Below, piece by piece: positions 39,441-49,131 of a stretch of DNA of 64,000 nt (within the stretch, counting starts at the first letter, position 1; the number at the start of each line of letters is the position of its first letter). The DNA is from an uncultured virus (IMG/VR IMGVR_UViG_3300031227_000031) (lineage: Duplodnaviria; Heunggongvirae; Uroviricota; Caudoviricetes): IMG/VR virus record IMGVR_UViG_3300031227_000031. One strand, written 5' to 3'. A program made the position numbers and the translations under genes. The notes beneath the pieces are model-generated. The model was not told the origin of the DNA and did no database searches. It saw only the letters and a list, made by a program, of their open reading frames with translations.

Positions 39441-39483
39441 GTCTTGTTTTAGGGGAAACGTACGATTTACTGTACTTTTGAGG

Positions 39484-39729
39484 TTACTTTACCGTCGGGA
39501 GGGCAGAATTCACCTTAATTGTGCGGATTCTTACGAATGAGTCGATGTTTTTGAGTTCTTGTGCGGAAATTGTACCGTCAATTCGGTTGATGAGTTTGGC
39601 GTAGTAATCGCGGGTCATAAGAACAAAGGTTTCTCGCCCACGAGTAACGTTAATTGGGAACTTAGCGGCGCAGTCAAAACAGTAACTGATGGTTCGGCGG
39701 AATTCTGTGATGTTGGGGGCACGATTCAA
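39484..39729 (-). CDS. Phd/YefM antitoxin-like protein
   Basis: NITEFRRTI...PINVTRGRETFVLMTRDYY fits the Phd DNA-binding pattern. Confidence 0.55.
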   Translation of the reverse strand: MNRAPNITEFRRTISYCFDCAAKFPINVTRGRETFVLMTRDYYAKLINRIDGTISAQELKNIDSFVRIRTIKVNSALPTVK

Positions 39730-40581
39730 ATTAAATCTCCTCGATTATAACTCTGATTTTCTTGTATTTCCAAAACGACCCTTTCGGCTCATTCTTGAAT
39801 ATCTTGTTAAGGTACAATTCCCTTGGATGATCAGTGACCGAATTCATGAAGACCATATGCCAACTCTTGATTATCCACCCAATTCTTACTTTGCGCTTTT
39901 TCTTATCCATTTGAGTTGCTTTGTTTTGGGACTCATTTTCTTGTCCGTATATTCTCTTTACACTTATTATAAAGTGTATAGGATTTATACGTATAAGTCA
40001 AGGAGAAATTTAGTACCTCAGTTTGCCTTTTTAAAAGGAATGAGTGGGGATTTGACGAGAGGCACTCATGAAGAGTTTACGGTATTACCTGCCCAGTAAG
40101 ATAGTTCACCATCTCAACTCGTATAGTCACCCCACAAGTTCGTCAACTACGAAGGAGCATAATTTCAGCTTGGATTAGTTAATCCCTAACTCCGTGCGTT
40201 ATCTATTCCGCCATCATTCCTTATATTTTTATCCTACCACAACTTTGTCCGCGCGTAAAGAGGAGATTGCTGCCTTCGGTGCTCCGCACAAAAAAAGCAA
40301 AAGAAACAGCAAAAACAAAAGCAAAAACCGCCAAAGAAAAACGCGCGCCAAAAACACGGCCAAATCCCGAAAAACCCGAAAAGAATCCGGCGGAAAATTT
40401 CGGCAAGGTACTTCATGCCCCAACTACCCCCACCAGAAACCCAACCATAACTAGGAAAAGAATGGAGGAGGAATTATTTACTAGGTACTTCATACACTTG
40501 AGAACTCGAGGGGAGTCGGACCCTATAGTCATATATACACAGCTAACCCCCATGGGGGATTTCGCCATTTCCCATAGTACA

Positions 40582-40609
40582 ATTTCCTATAATATACATT
40601 ATGTCAACT
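40582..40609 (+). other. dif-like XerC/XerD recombination site
   Basis: ATTTCCTATAA-TATACA-TTATGTCAACT, 11-6-11 layout close to chromosomal dif (recalled B. subtilis ACTTCCTAGAA-TATATA-TTATGTAAACT). Confidence 0.85.
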
Positions 40610-40740
40610 CCACACAGGGGGATCAGGGGTCCGGGGTGTCCAGTACCCCTATACTCCCGGGGATCATGGCTCTCGCCGGGTTAATTGGGTATACTCACAA
40701 AGTATGTCCTATCATACACCCCCTTCCATTGTCCCCCCTT

Positions 40741-40810
40741 GTTCTGGTATGTCCAGGTATGTCATGGTATGTACTGGTAAGTCATGGTATGTCAATGTAT
40801 GACTATGTAG
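40741..40810 (+). repeat. Seven degenerate 10-bp tandem repeats (consensus GTCATGGTAT)
   Basis: gttctggtat gtccaggtat gtcatggtat gtactggtaa gtcatggtat gtcaatgtat gactatgtag. Confidence 0.85.
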
Positions 40811-41170
40811 TAAGCATGAGTATTGGGATGGGCTTGGTTTCCTTTGTGTGATTGGTGTCCGCTAGGGTGGGGAGTGTGTTATTATATAAGGGAAGATTGG
40901 GCGCTTTTGGATGGATATTGGAGGGCTGAGTATGCCGGCTGAGTGTGACTATGATCGAGCTGTTATACTTGGCCCCAGGATGCCCCAGGTTGCATGATTG
41001 AGGGCGTGGCAAGGGTAGACTATGTCTTTTCCGCGCTTGTTTCGGGGATTGGTTGTCGTTTGGGTTGTCATTGTTTCCGCGCTTCCTTTGCGCTGTCTTT
41101 GTTCTGTCTTTGTGCTGTATTTTGCATGATATTTAGTTTAAACTTCATGCAATTTATTTTATAATATCTC

Positions 41171-41200
41171 TTGACAGTGTATAGAATGATATGGTATTCT
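41171..41200 (+). promoter_or_regulatory. Early sigma70 promoter
   Basis: TTGACA-N18-TATTCT with TG extension and AT-rich UP region. Confidence 0.6.
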
Positions 41201-41237
41201 TTAATTAATCCAATAGGTCAACCAATCAACAAGGGGG

Positions 41238-41480
41238 ATGAAGATGAACAAAGAATCAACAAAGGTCAGGAAATTCCAGGCAGATCTGGACATCGAGATC
41301 ACATATATCAATAGAGAGGTCGAGGGCGAAAGGAACCGAATCGATAATGAAGTTAAGGATCTTGAAAATAAGATCTCTCGATTATGTGTCGCCAGGGATA
41401 GTTTGATTGAAAAGAAGATCAATCGTACAAAGTTGGTCGAAGCTGAATACGAAAAAAATGTCGCGCAGTGGGAATCATGA
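41238..41480 (+). CDS. Early coiled-coil protein
   Basis: First ORF of the rightward arm. Confidence 0.6.
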   Translation: MKMNKESTKVRKFQADLDIEITYINREVEGERNRIDNEVKDLENKISRLCVARDSLIEKKINRTKLVEAEYEKNVAQWES

Positions 41481-41776
41481 AAGTTGAAAACATGATAAGC
41501 AGTAAAGGAAACAAGGTTGCAAATCAATTTACTGTTTCGTTTAGTGGGCCTAATAACTGGATGGATGGTACAATAACCGGAAGTGGTACAGCTTTTCAAT
41601 CTTATAAGTCTGTTATTGCTTTCAAGGAATACACCGGAAAAGTTTATCTTGATAAAAACACATGGGATTACAGCGTAACAACTGGTAAATATCGTAATAT
41701 ATTCTTAGGCGAAAACAAAAAAGAAACAGAGAAAAAGATTGCTAGCGGAGAGTATATACTAGCTGATCTTAACTGA
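41477..41776 (+). CDS. Conserved-type early phage protein
   Basis: FQSYKSVIA...WDYSVTTGKYRNIFL. Confidence 0.7.
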   Translation: MKVENMISSKGNKVANQFTVSFSGPNNWMDGTITGSGTAFQSYKSVIAFKEYTGKVYLDKNTWDYSVTTGKYRNIFLGENKKETEKKIASGEYILADLN

Positions 41777-41991
41777 AAGGGTTGAAATCATGCTATACAA
41801 TAGAGATTACAGAATGATCTTAAAATCAGGACAAGTGGTAGATAAGGACTTATTCTGTGCCCAGTACTCAGCCGGGATCGTGGTAGGTTGTGCTGTTGCT
41901 GTGTCTGTTGTGTTGTGCTGTGTTGCTGTGATGATCTATGCTGTTTAATGATTAACTAATGTGTTTTATAAACTGCAAGGAGGGGGTTGAA

Positions 41992-42300
41992 ATGAGTTAT
42001 ACAAAAGGGGAATGGAAAGTAAAAGATAACAAATATGCCCTAGCTACATATATTGTCACCAAAGAAAATGATAATATTGCTATGCTATCGTGGACAATTT
42101 TAGGACATGATGTAGAAGAAAGAGAAGCCAATGCTTCATTAATCGCAGCAGCACCGGAGTTGTTGGAGGCATGTAAAACAATGTTGAGGTGGCACAGCGT
42201 GGATAAGTGGAGAAATAGCAAGAATAAAGAAGAAATGCAAGCATGGGATAAAACAAATTGTTTACTTACTCAAGCCATATCCAAAGCCGAAGGCAAATAA
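41992..42300 (+). CDS. Phage protein of the EANAxLIAAAPELL type
   Basis: YTKGEW...EANASLIAAAPELLEAC. Confidence 0.75.
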   Translation: MSYTKGEWKVKDNKYALATYIVTKENDNIAMLSWTILGHDVEEREANASLIAAAPELLEACKTMLRWHSVDKWRNSKNKEEMQAWDKTNCLLTQAISKAEGK

Positions 42301-42513
42301 TATCAGACAGAGTTTAACTCATCACTCATTAAATAATACCGATTGACACTTGTATAACCTTAATTATGGAGTATTATATTAATTAGGGTAGGAGATTTCG
42401 GGTAGGAGAATGAGAGAGAAGAGGGAAGAGAGAAGTGAGAAGTGAGAAGTGAGAAGAGTTCGAGAGAGATTTATTAATGTATTTATTAATGTAGGAGAAT
42501 AAGGGGGTTGATT

Positions 42514-43038
42514 ATGTTTAAGGTTGGAGATAAGGTTGTTGTAGTAATAGATAGTCCTTTTTGGTATAAAGGAAAAGAATTTACTGTTGATAAAATATCT
42601 ACACAATTTTATGGAACATTTTTACAGGCCTCAAGGGAAGAAGGCGGTGGGGATATTAATGATTATAGATGTAAATTAATCGAAAGGAATACCCAAATGA
42701 CACTCAAACAAAGAATCAAGGCGTTAAACAATGGTTGGGATAAAGAGGCGGATGATATTTTGCAGGAGATAGGTGGAGATTATTATATTTGTATTAAGGC
42801 ACGAAACAGTGAAAGCACTTTTGTAAGATCAGTCGAAATTCAAAGCAATGTTGGAGACAGAGTTTTAGTTGGTAGACCGCTCCGCTATCGAAACCAATGC
42901 GAAAAACTAAGTGCCTTCAAGCAAGCCCTCCTCTGGCTCCTCGACAAATCAGAGGCAGAGAAAGCGAAGGAAGGCGATCGTGCTGAAGTTGAAGTTGACG
43001 GGCAGAGGTTTGAAGCTAAGTTGATTAAGAAACTATAA
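42514..43038 (+). CDS. Hypothetical protein (KVGDKV SH3-like start)
   Basis: ORF. Confidence 0.65.
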   Translation: MFKVGDKVVVVIDSPFWYKGKEFTVDKISTQFYGTFLQASREEGGGDINDYRCKLIERNTQMTLKQRIKALNNGWDKEADDILQEIGGDYYICIKARNSESTFVRSVEIQSNVGDRVLVGRPLRYRNQCEKLSAFKQALLWLLDKSEAEKAKEGDRAEVEVDGQRFEAKLIKKL

Positions 43039-43046
43039 GGGGGTGG

Positions 43047-43394
43047 GTGGTGGAGAAACCGGAGAAGAAAATTATAGATTATTTTGTAATATCAGATTGT
43101 ACAGAATGTGGTTGCTCTAATGATGATAGCGATAAAAGCTACAACCAAGCCTGTGAAGAGTGGGAGAAGTATCACATACAAGAGATGGAATTTGTTGGAG
43201 CAGGTATTATCCGCAGAGAACAGCGTTTGCCGAGTGAGGAAGAAATAAGAACAATACTACAAGATTGTTGTATAGGTCGATGTATACCTTGTAAAAATCC
43301 ACAAACATTAACTATAGAAGAATTAAAGAATGGGTTAAAAATATTTGAAGTTCGAGGAGCCAAAGCAATCTCCAAAAGGATAAGGGAGGAATAA
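43047..43394 (+). CDS. Hypothetical protein
   Basis: ORF with SD. Confidence 0.6.
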   Translation: MVEKPEKKIIDYFVISDCTECGCSNDDSDKSYNQACEEWEKYHIQEMEFVGAGIIRREQRLPSEEEIRTILQDCCIGRCIPCKNPQTLTIEELKNGLKIFEVRGAKAISKRIREE

Positions 43395-43547
43395 TGTCTG
43401 ACTTTTATGTTCCTCGGTATAAGCATGAGTTAGTAGATTATATCAGGGTTCATTGTCATAGTCTTAGTCGTCTGATGGTGTTGAGGAAGAAGTCGAAGGG
43501 GGAGTTGTATGCCATTTATTATCGTCTACGAACTACGGAGGCCAGCA

Positions 43548-44030
43548 ATGCAAGAGATGTGGGAAGCCCAGTTAGAGAATCTCGACGAGAAAATGAAGGT
43601 AGAGGACTGGAGTGTAGTGTTGTTCGGTAGAGTTATACGGGAGGCCATATTAGACTATGCGTTTTATCATCAGAAGATGAGGTTGTCAAATTGGAGTAAG
43701 ATACCTAAGACGAAGAGAGATAATTGGAGAGGACTTGCGGATAAAGCTGAGTTTTATATCTTTGGGGCGGGTGAGTTGGAAGTTGAGTTGTCTGAACATT
43801 ATTTAGAAGTTTCAACCGGATTTATCAGAGTTGCTGCGAAAGTGTTAGCGGGGTATAAAGTCGGAACCATGAGGATGCAGAAGTACCTTTACTCATTAGT
43901 GGCATTAAATAAGAGGAACAAGTTGTTTCGTGATGTGTTTAAGGCTTATAGAGAGAAGTTGAATAACCAATCAAGAAAGGTGGTTTATGATGAGGCAGGC
44001 GAATTACTCAACAACGTTGAATCTGAATGA
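43548..44030 (+). CDS. Hypothetical protein
   Basis: ORF; SD ggagg before MQEMW. Confidence 0.55.
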   Translation: MQEMWEAQLENLDEKMKVEDWSVVLFGRVIREAILDYAFYHQKMRLSNWSKIPKTKRDNWRGLADKAEFYIFGAGELEVELSEHYLEVSTGFIRVAAKVLAGYKVGTMRMQKYLYSLVALNKRNKLFRDVFKAYREKLNNQSRKVVYDEAGELLNNVESE

Positions 44031-44367
44031 AGAGGAGAATGAGAGAATGGGAGTATTGAAGGATAACGGTGTGATGAAGTTTAATCTTAAACAGGTGTTT
44101 CAGTTGGGCCTGGTTGAGGCGGAGAAATTACTTAAGTATGCGAAGGAGAAAGGACAGGAGGGATGAGATGAGTGATAAAGTTATAGAGTTACTTCGTCAA
44201 CAAGTCAAGAATGTGTTTACCATCGTGGTTCTCAGAGAGTTATCCAATTCCATCAAGATCCCCGACGATCCTTATGATATTTTCTTGAGGATTAACAGTA
44301 AAATTGATGAGTTACAGGTTGATACTAAGAAACTGGAGAAAGAGGTTGAGAAACTTGAAAACCCCTC

Positions 44368-44396
44368 TTGACAGGGTAGGAGTATGGGAATAAAAT
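44368..44396 (+). promoter_or_regulatory. Sigma70 promoter before the recombination module
   Basis: TTGACA-N17-TAAAAT. Confidence 0.7.
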
Positions 44397-44671
44397 GGAT
44401 GAGTATACAGTAGAACTTATCCCCGGAGGAGTCGCATCTCTCCCATGCTCCCTCCTCATCTGTGGCTTCTTCGGGGAATATTTAGAGGAGCGGAAATGGA
44501 ATCCAAAAAAGAAGAACGCGGGACACTTGATATCAAGACGAATCCTATTTATAGGTATCAACTTGATTCACTTAAAAAACCATTGGAAGATATTGTTAAA
44601 CCATTAAAGGATATTGTCAAAGAACTTCATCAACTTAATGAAACATTGACCTATATAGAGGAGAGGTTTTA

Positions 44672-45334
44672 ATGGAAATTCAACTCAAGATTATGGAGTA
44701 CCTTCATAAGCAGGAAGAGGAAGGGAAGCATAGAATGAGGTCGGGCAAGTTTAATCCATCTGGCCTGGGTGGGTGTTTTCGTAAGCAGTATCTTAGTCGC
44801 CGCAATGAACCTGTATCTAATCCCCCTGACGAGCAAGGGTTGAGGAACTTTGAGATGGGTAAGATTATGCACGCTTACGTTCAAAGTCTTTATCTAAAGT
44901 GTACTACTGAGGTTGGGATTTGGACTGAACATTTTACCGGGTTCGCTGACCTTGTGGATGATGTTGAGGTTACTGATTTTAAGTATGTTAAGAGTTATGC
45001 GTGGAAGTTTTTGGTTCAGAAGAAGGGTGAGAATTATGTGGATTATCTGAAGCGGATTGCAAGAGATAAAATTCACAATGTTTATCAGGTAATATTTTAT
45101 GCGAATAAGTTGGGGAAAGAGAGAGGGCGGATTTGTTATATTAATGAGAAGTTAGAAACTCTTGAGTTTATTTATGTCGCCGAGGATTGGAAGTTGGAGG
45201 TTGAAAAGGAGTGTGAGCATATTGTGAGGTACTGGGAGAGGGGGGAACTTCCTCCGGCTGCACCTAGATTATTTAATGGGAAAGAATGTGAGTATTGTAA
45301 TTGGAAAAACTTGTGTCAAGGGGGTAAGTTATGA
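44672..45334 (+). CDS. Cas4-like PD-(D/E)XK exonuclease (Fe-S cysteines)
   Basis: PSGLGGCFRK, GKIMH, GFADLV, DFK, QV..Y and CEYCNWKNLC. Confidence 0.88.
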   Translation: MEIQLKIMEYLHKQEEEGKHRMRSGKFNPSGLGGCFRKQYLSRRNEPVSNPPDEQGLRNFEMGKIMHAYVQSLYLKCTTEVGIWTEHFTGFADLVDDVEVTDFKYVKSYAWKFLVQKKGENYVDYLKRIARDKIHNVYQVIFYANKLGKERGRICYINEKLETLEFIYVAEDWKLEVEKECEHIVRYWERGELPPAAPRLFNGKECEYCNWKNLCQGGKL

Positions 45335-45502
45335 AATATATTATTCTTCTATTAGTTACGGCTTTCACTTATGGATTGTTTTGTTCTGCAATAGGGTTCT
45401 CGTTTAACACTTGGGAGTATTGGTTGTTCATAATCTTTGGTATAGTATTTTATGTGCTCGGGAGTATTCAAACTCTTGAGGAATTCAAAAGGGGGAGATA
45501 AT

Positions 45503-46189
45503 ATGGCGGAGAAAATCTTAGTAATTGGTGAGTCGGGCAGTGGGAAATCAACGGCAATTAAGAATCTTAACCCTGAGTCTACCTTTATTATCAATGTAAT
45601 TGGGAAACCGTTGCCGTTTAAGGGGTGGAAAGGGAGTTACGTTCCGTTTAATAAGGAAACCAAAACGGGGAATCTTATCAGCACAAATGATTGGGAAACT
45701 ATTGCAAGGGCGCTTATCTATATTGATAAAGAATTGCCTGATGTTAAGACTGTTTTAATTGATGATGCTCAGTATATTATGAGTTACGAGTTTATGGCAC
45801 GAGCCAAAGAAAGGGGGTTTGACAAGTTTGTGGAGATCGCCCAACATATGTTTAATGTGTTGACGGCGCCCGATAAGTTGAGGGATGATTTGACTGTGAT
45901 ATACCTTTCCCACTCTGATGATGTGAGCGCTAATGGGTATACCAAAACCAAGATTAAGACTATCGGGAAAATGTTGGATGAGAAGATTACAATTGAAGGG
46001 TTGTTTACTATCGTGCTTCTGTGTTTGTGTTACAGGACGAGTGAGAAGAAGATGGATTATGTATTTGTTACGATGAGTAATGGAACGACTACTGCGAAGT
46101 CGCCAATGGGGATGTTTGAAGGTGCGACTATCCCGAATGATTTGCAGTTCGTGTTGGATAAGGTTAAGGAATATAATAATGGAGAGTAA
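45503..46189 (+). CDS. AAA_24/Sak4-like ATPase
   Basis: VIGESGSGKST, VLIDDAQY, KTIGKMLD and TAKSPMGMF. Confidence 0.88.
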   Translation: MAEKILVIGESGSGKSTAIKNLNPESTFIINVIGKPLPFKGWKGSYVPFNKETKTGNLISTNDWETIARALIYIDKELPDVKTVLIDDAQYIMSYEFMARAKERGFDKFVEIAQHMFNVLTAPDKLRDDLTVIYLSHSDDVSANGYTKTKIKTIGKMLDEKITIEGLFTIVLLCLCYRTSEKKMDYVFVTMSNGTTTAKSPMGMFEGATIPNDLQFVLDKVKEYNNGE

Positions 46190-46202
46190 CAAAGGAGAAC
46201 GT

Positions 46203-46658
46203 ATGTTTGACCTCAGTGATTACAAACCAGAACCTTTGGATGAAGGTACAAGTTTCGACCCGTTCAAGGGAAAGTATGATGTTAATGTTGATGACTGTCA
46301 GATTGACCAGGTTCAAGGTGGGGGTCGGGATGGTGAGGCTTATGACGGGTATGACAGGTTGAAGTTTAAGTTGTTAACCGTTCAGGCCCACAATCCTACT
46401 AATGCCAAGAATCTCAACCGAACCCTGTGGCAGAGTTTTAATATTAGTAATGAGAATCGGGTTATGAAATTGGCGGACATTTTTGCGTCTGTTGATCTTC
46501 CTTTTACCAATGATGCTGAGTTGAAGGAAAAGATGAAAGGGATTGTCGGGAAAACTCTTACGGTTAACTGTTGGATCAAAGATGGTCGGCAGAGTTGTAT
46601 GATTGTGAAAAGTAAAGAAGCAAATGAAAGTGCAGTTGCAGGTGCAGTTGAGTTTTAA
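46203..46658 (+). CDS. SSB-like protein (DUF669-type)
   Basis: FDPFKGKYDV; follows the Sak4-like gene; C-terminal EF. Confidence 0.65.
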   Translation: MFDLSDYKPEPLDEGTSFDPFKGKYDVNVDDCQIDQVQGGGRDGEAYDGYDRLKFKLLTVQAHNPTNAKNLNRTLWQSFNISNENRVMKLADIFASVDLPFTNDAELKEKMKGIVGKTLTVNCWIKDGRQSCMIVKSKEANESAVAGAVEF

Positions 46659-46887
46659 TTAATCTTGACTCCCCCAGGAGGGAGATATATGGAGATTGAT
46701 AATGAAATCAACTCTTGAATCACTCCAACATTACAATGATGGGTTTATGAAGAATCCACCTGACCATCCGGCTGAACAGTCTGGGGCTGACCCTGAGTGT
46801 CCTAGATGTAAAGGCAGGGGTTGGGTACTTGTGCCTAATGGCGAGGATGATGTGGATAAAGATATTTGTGATTGTGTGGATTGTAGC

Positions 46888-47082
46888 TGATCTTTGAAAT
46901 CCGAGTGGTAGCAGGGTAATATACGAGTTATGATCGAGTCTAGGGTGCCTAATGACTCCTAAAAGGTATCCCTCGTTAAATCCCTCCCACTCGGTGAGAT
47001 ATGGGGCGGTGGCAACAAGTTATTAGTAGCACCTCCGATTTTGTCGGGTAGGGGAAGGCGCTAATCTACTTTTGCCCGCCCT
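46888..47082 (+). ncRNA. Candidate structured RNA region (boxA-like site plus two long hairpins)
   Basis: TGATCTTTGAAA; CCGAGTGG/CCACTCGG closing stem; GGGCG..GGCAA/TTGCC.CGCCC stem. Confidence 0.45.
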
Positions 47083-47112
47083 TCCAATTTAACATTATTG
47101 ATAACTTAGGAG

Positions 47113-48054
47113 ATGGAAATGTGTAAATTCTTTTCGTTGGTGAGCAATGGTGATAGTAAACCTTTATATTTTGACGCAAAGGATAGGAAGAAAATACTTA
47201 ATAAAAAGTTGAAGTATGAAGCAGATAGCCATACCTCAATCGCTAATTTCTTTGGATATAAGGGCGAAAAAGAGGACACGCTAAACAAGTATGAATACAA
47301 CCCGATTACCAAGGTTTTTGAGATTGACCAGAAAAACAACCCTGTTGATGATTCGGCAGAGATTAAGATTTTCTGCGAGCAGCTGGACTTTAAAACCATT
47401 GTGCCAGAGCTAATCATTCATCCTATTGTTCATCCGTTTAAAGATTTCAAGACGACGGAAGTATCTAAGAAAGATATTGAGTTATTAAGGCAGTGGGATT
47501 CAGTCAGGGCTTCGATATGGGATTCGGTCGGGAATTCAGTCTGGGATTCAGTCAGGGCTTCGGTCGGGAATTCAGTCTGGGATTCAGTCAGGGTTTCGGT
47601 CAGGGATTCAGTCAGGAATTCAGTCAGGAATTCAGTCAGGGATTCGGTCGGGAATTCAGTCTGGGATTCAGTCAGGGCTTCGATATGGGATTCGGTTTGG
47701 GATTCAGTCAGGGCTTCGATATGGGATTCGGTCGGGAATTCAGTCTGGGATTCAGTCAGGGCTTCGGTCGGGAATTCAGTCTGGGATTCAGTCAGGGCTT
47801 CGATATGGGATTCGGTTTGGGATTCAGCCGGGGATTCAGTCTGGGCGTACACATCATCTTATTTTAATTTACCCGAATGGAAATACATCAAGCATAAGAA
47901 AGGGGAGAATCCATTTCAATCGTGTATTGATTTATGGAATAAAGGATTAGTGCCGTCATTTGACGGAAAGATTTGGCGGTTACATGGGGCAGAAGGGAAG
48001 GTTGTATTTGAGATTAGCAAAGAGGATTTAATTAGTAAAGTTGAGCCTGTTTAA
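47113..48054 (+). CDS. Phage protein with SVWD tetrapeptide repeats
   Basis: MCKFFS...DSHTSIA N-domain; 29 four-residue repeats; LWNKGLVPSFDG C-domain. Confidence 0.85.
   Translation: MEMCKFFSLVSNGDSKPLYFDAKDRKKILNKKLKYEADSHTSIANFFGYKGEKEDTLNKYEYNPITKVFEIDQKNNPVDDSAEIKIFCEQLDFKTIVPELIIHPIVHPFKDFKTTEVSKKDIELLRQWDSVRASIWDSVGNSVWDSVRASVGNSVWDSVRVSVRDSVRNSVRNSVRDSVGNSVWDSVRASIWDSVWDSVRASIWDSVGNSVWDSVRASVGNSVWDSVRASIWDSVWDSAGDSVWAYTSSYFNLPEWKYIKHKKGENPFQSCIDLWNKGLVPSFDGKIWRLHGAEGKVVFEISKEDLISKVEPV
47500..47847 (+). repeat. 29 x 12-bp coding tandem repeat
   Basis: Units tcagtctgggat, tcagtcagggct, tcggtcgggaat, tcgatatgggat. Confidence 0.95.
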
Positions 48055-48249
48055 TGGATTGACGCTACAAGTTAATTTTATTGCAACACATTCAAAGGAA
48101 CCGATAAACGATTTAGCCCAAGCCCTAGCCGACTCCGAAGCAGAGAGGGGTAAGCCTCTTTTGGAGGTTTATGAAGATTATAAAAAGGGGATGGGGATAA
48201 CTTCTGGCAGAATGTTAGAAGCCATCAAGAAACTAGCGGAGGGGGAGAA

Positions 48250-48522
48250 ATGAAAGTAGAGAATATTAATAATTGTGTTTTGAAGATGTCTGTTTTTATG
48301 TCAGAAAAGCTTTATTTGAATGACCATAAAGAAGGGTGGTCAGGTTATCCTCCGAAAAAATGGTTTCGTAGAATAACACAAGAATCTAAAGAGTTGCGGA
48401 GAGCTATTGATGATAAAGAAAAACCAGAAGCCGTTTGGCGTGAAGCCGCCGATATTGCAAATTTTGTCATGATGATTGCTAGTTGTTACCAAAATCAATA
48501 TGAGGAGCCTAGCCATGAATGA
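48250..48522 (+). CDS. MazG-like nucleotide pyrophosphohydrolase
   Basis: QESKEL...EAADIANFVMMI. Confidence 0.65.
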   Translation: MKVENINNCVLKMSVFMSEKLYLNDHKEGWSGYPPKKWFRRITQESKELRRAIDDKEKPEAVWREAADIANFVMMIASCYQNQYEEPSHE

Positions 48523-48583
48523 AAAGCTAGTCACAAGCAGAGAGTTGAGCCAGCGGTTGAAGGAAGCGGGGTGTGAAAAGTGA
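48515..48583 (+). pseudogene. 5' remnant of a 49690-50055 paralogue
   Basis: MNEKLVTSRELSQRLKEAG versus MNPNLTTSRELSLRLKEAG. Confidence 0.75.
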
Positions 48584-49131
48584 AGAAGTATCAAATAATA
48601 TATGCTGATCCAGCTTGGGTATATAAGGATAAGTCTAAATCTCACGGTGGCGGGGCTGAAAGTCATTACAAGTGTACAGCAACAGATGAAATGGGACAAA
48701 TTAGAATACCAGCTGAGGATAACGCAGAATGTATAATGTGGTGTACTTATCCAATGTTAGAAGATGGAGCTAAATTATTAAAATGGTGGGGATTTAAATA
48801 TAAATCTGTATTTTTTACATGGGTCAAGATAAATAAAGATGGTTCTATTTATATGGGTATGGGCAGACGAACAAGAGGAAATGCAGAAATTGCCTTGGTA
48901 GGAACAAAAGGAAAAGGGGTCAAGAGGGTTGACGCAGGAATATATAATACACAACTACACCCCAGAACAAAACATTCTGAAAAACCAGACGCCTTCAGAA
49001 AAGATATAGAAAAACATTATGGAAATGTTACAAGGCTTGAATTATTTGCCAGACAAAAAACCGAAGGATGGGATGTTTGGGGAAATGAAGTAGAAAGCGA
49101 TATTGATTTAAGCCCGAGGTCTAATGCTTGA
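48580..49131 (+). CDS. MT-A70 family adenine methyltransferase
   Basis: IIYADPAW, HSEKP and RLELFAR..GWDVWGNE. Confidence 0.92.
   Translation: MKKYQIIYADPAWVYKDKSKSHGGGAESHYKCTATDEMGQIRIPAEDNAECIMWCTYPMLEDGAKLLKWWGFKYKSVFFTWVKINKDGSIYMGMGRRTRGNAEIALVGTKGKGVKRVDAGIYNTQLHPRTKHSEKPDAFRKDIEKHYGNVTRLELFARQKTEGWDVWGNEVESDIDLSPRSNA

Noticed and set aside
40194..41012. ORFs 40194-40454, 40267-40851 and antisense ORFs
   Set aside because: Open frames arise from stop-poor, strand-biased repeats; low-complexity products
44672..45334. Cas4 as part of a CRISPR-Cas system
   Set aside because: No cas1/cas2 or array; it sits in a typical phage recombination module with Sak4-like and SSB genes
46901..46994. 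tRNA gene
   Set aside because: Acceptor-like stem present, but the GTTAAAT segment has no pairing T-stem and no cloverleaf forms
47500..47847. Possible CRISPR array or DGR template/variable repeat
   Set aside because: Contiguous 12-bp coding repeats with no unique spacers; no reverse transcriptase in the window
47430..47867. Alternative-frame ORFs (TESQ and GFSQ repeats)
   Set aside because: By-products of the 12-bp repeat inside the 47113-48054 gene
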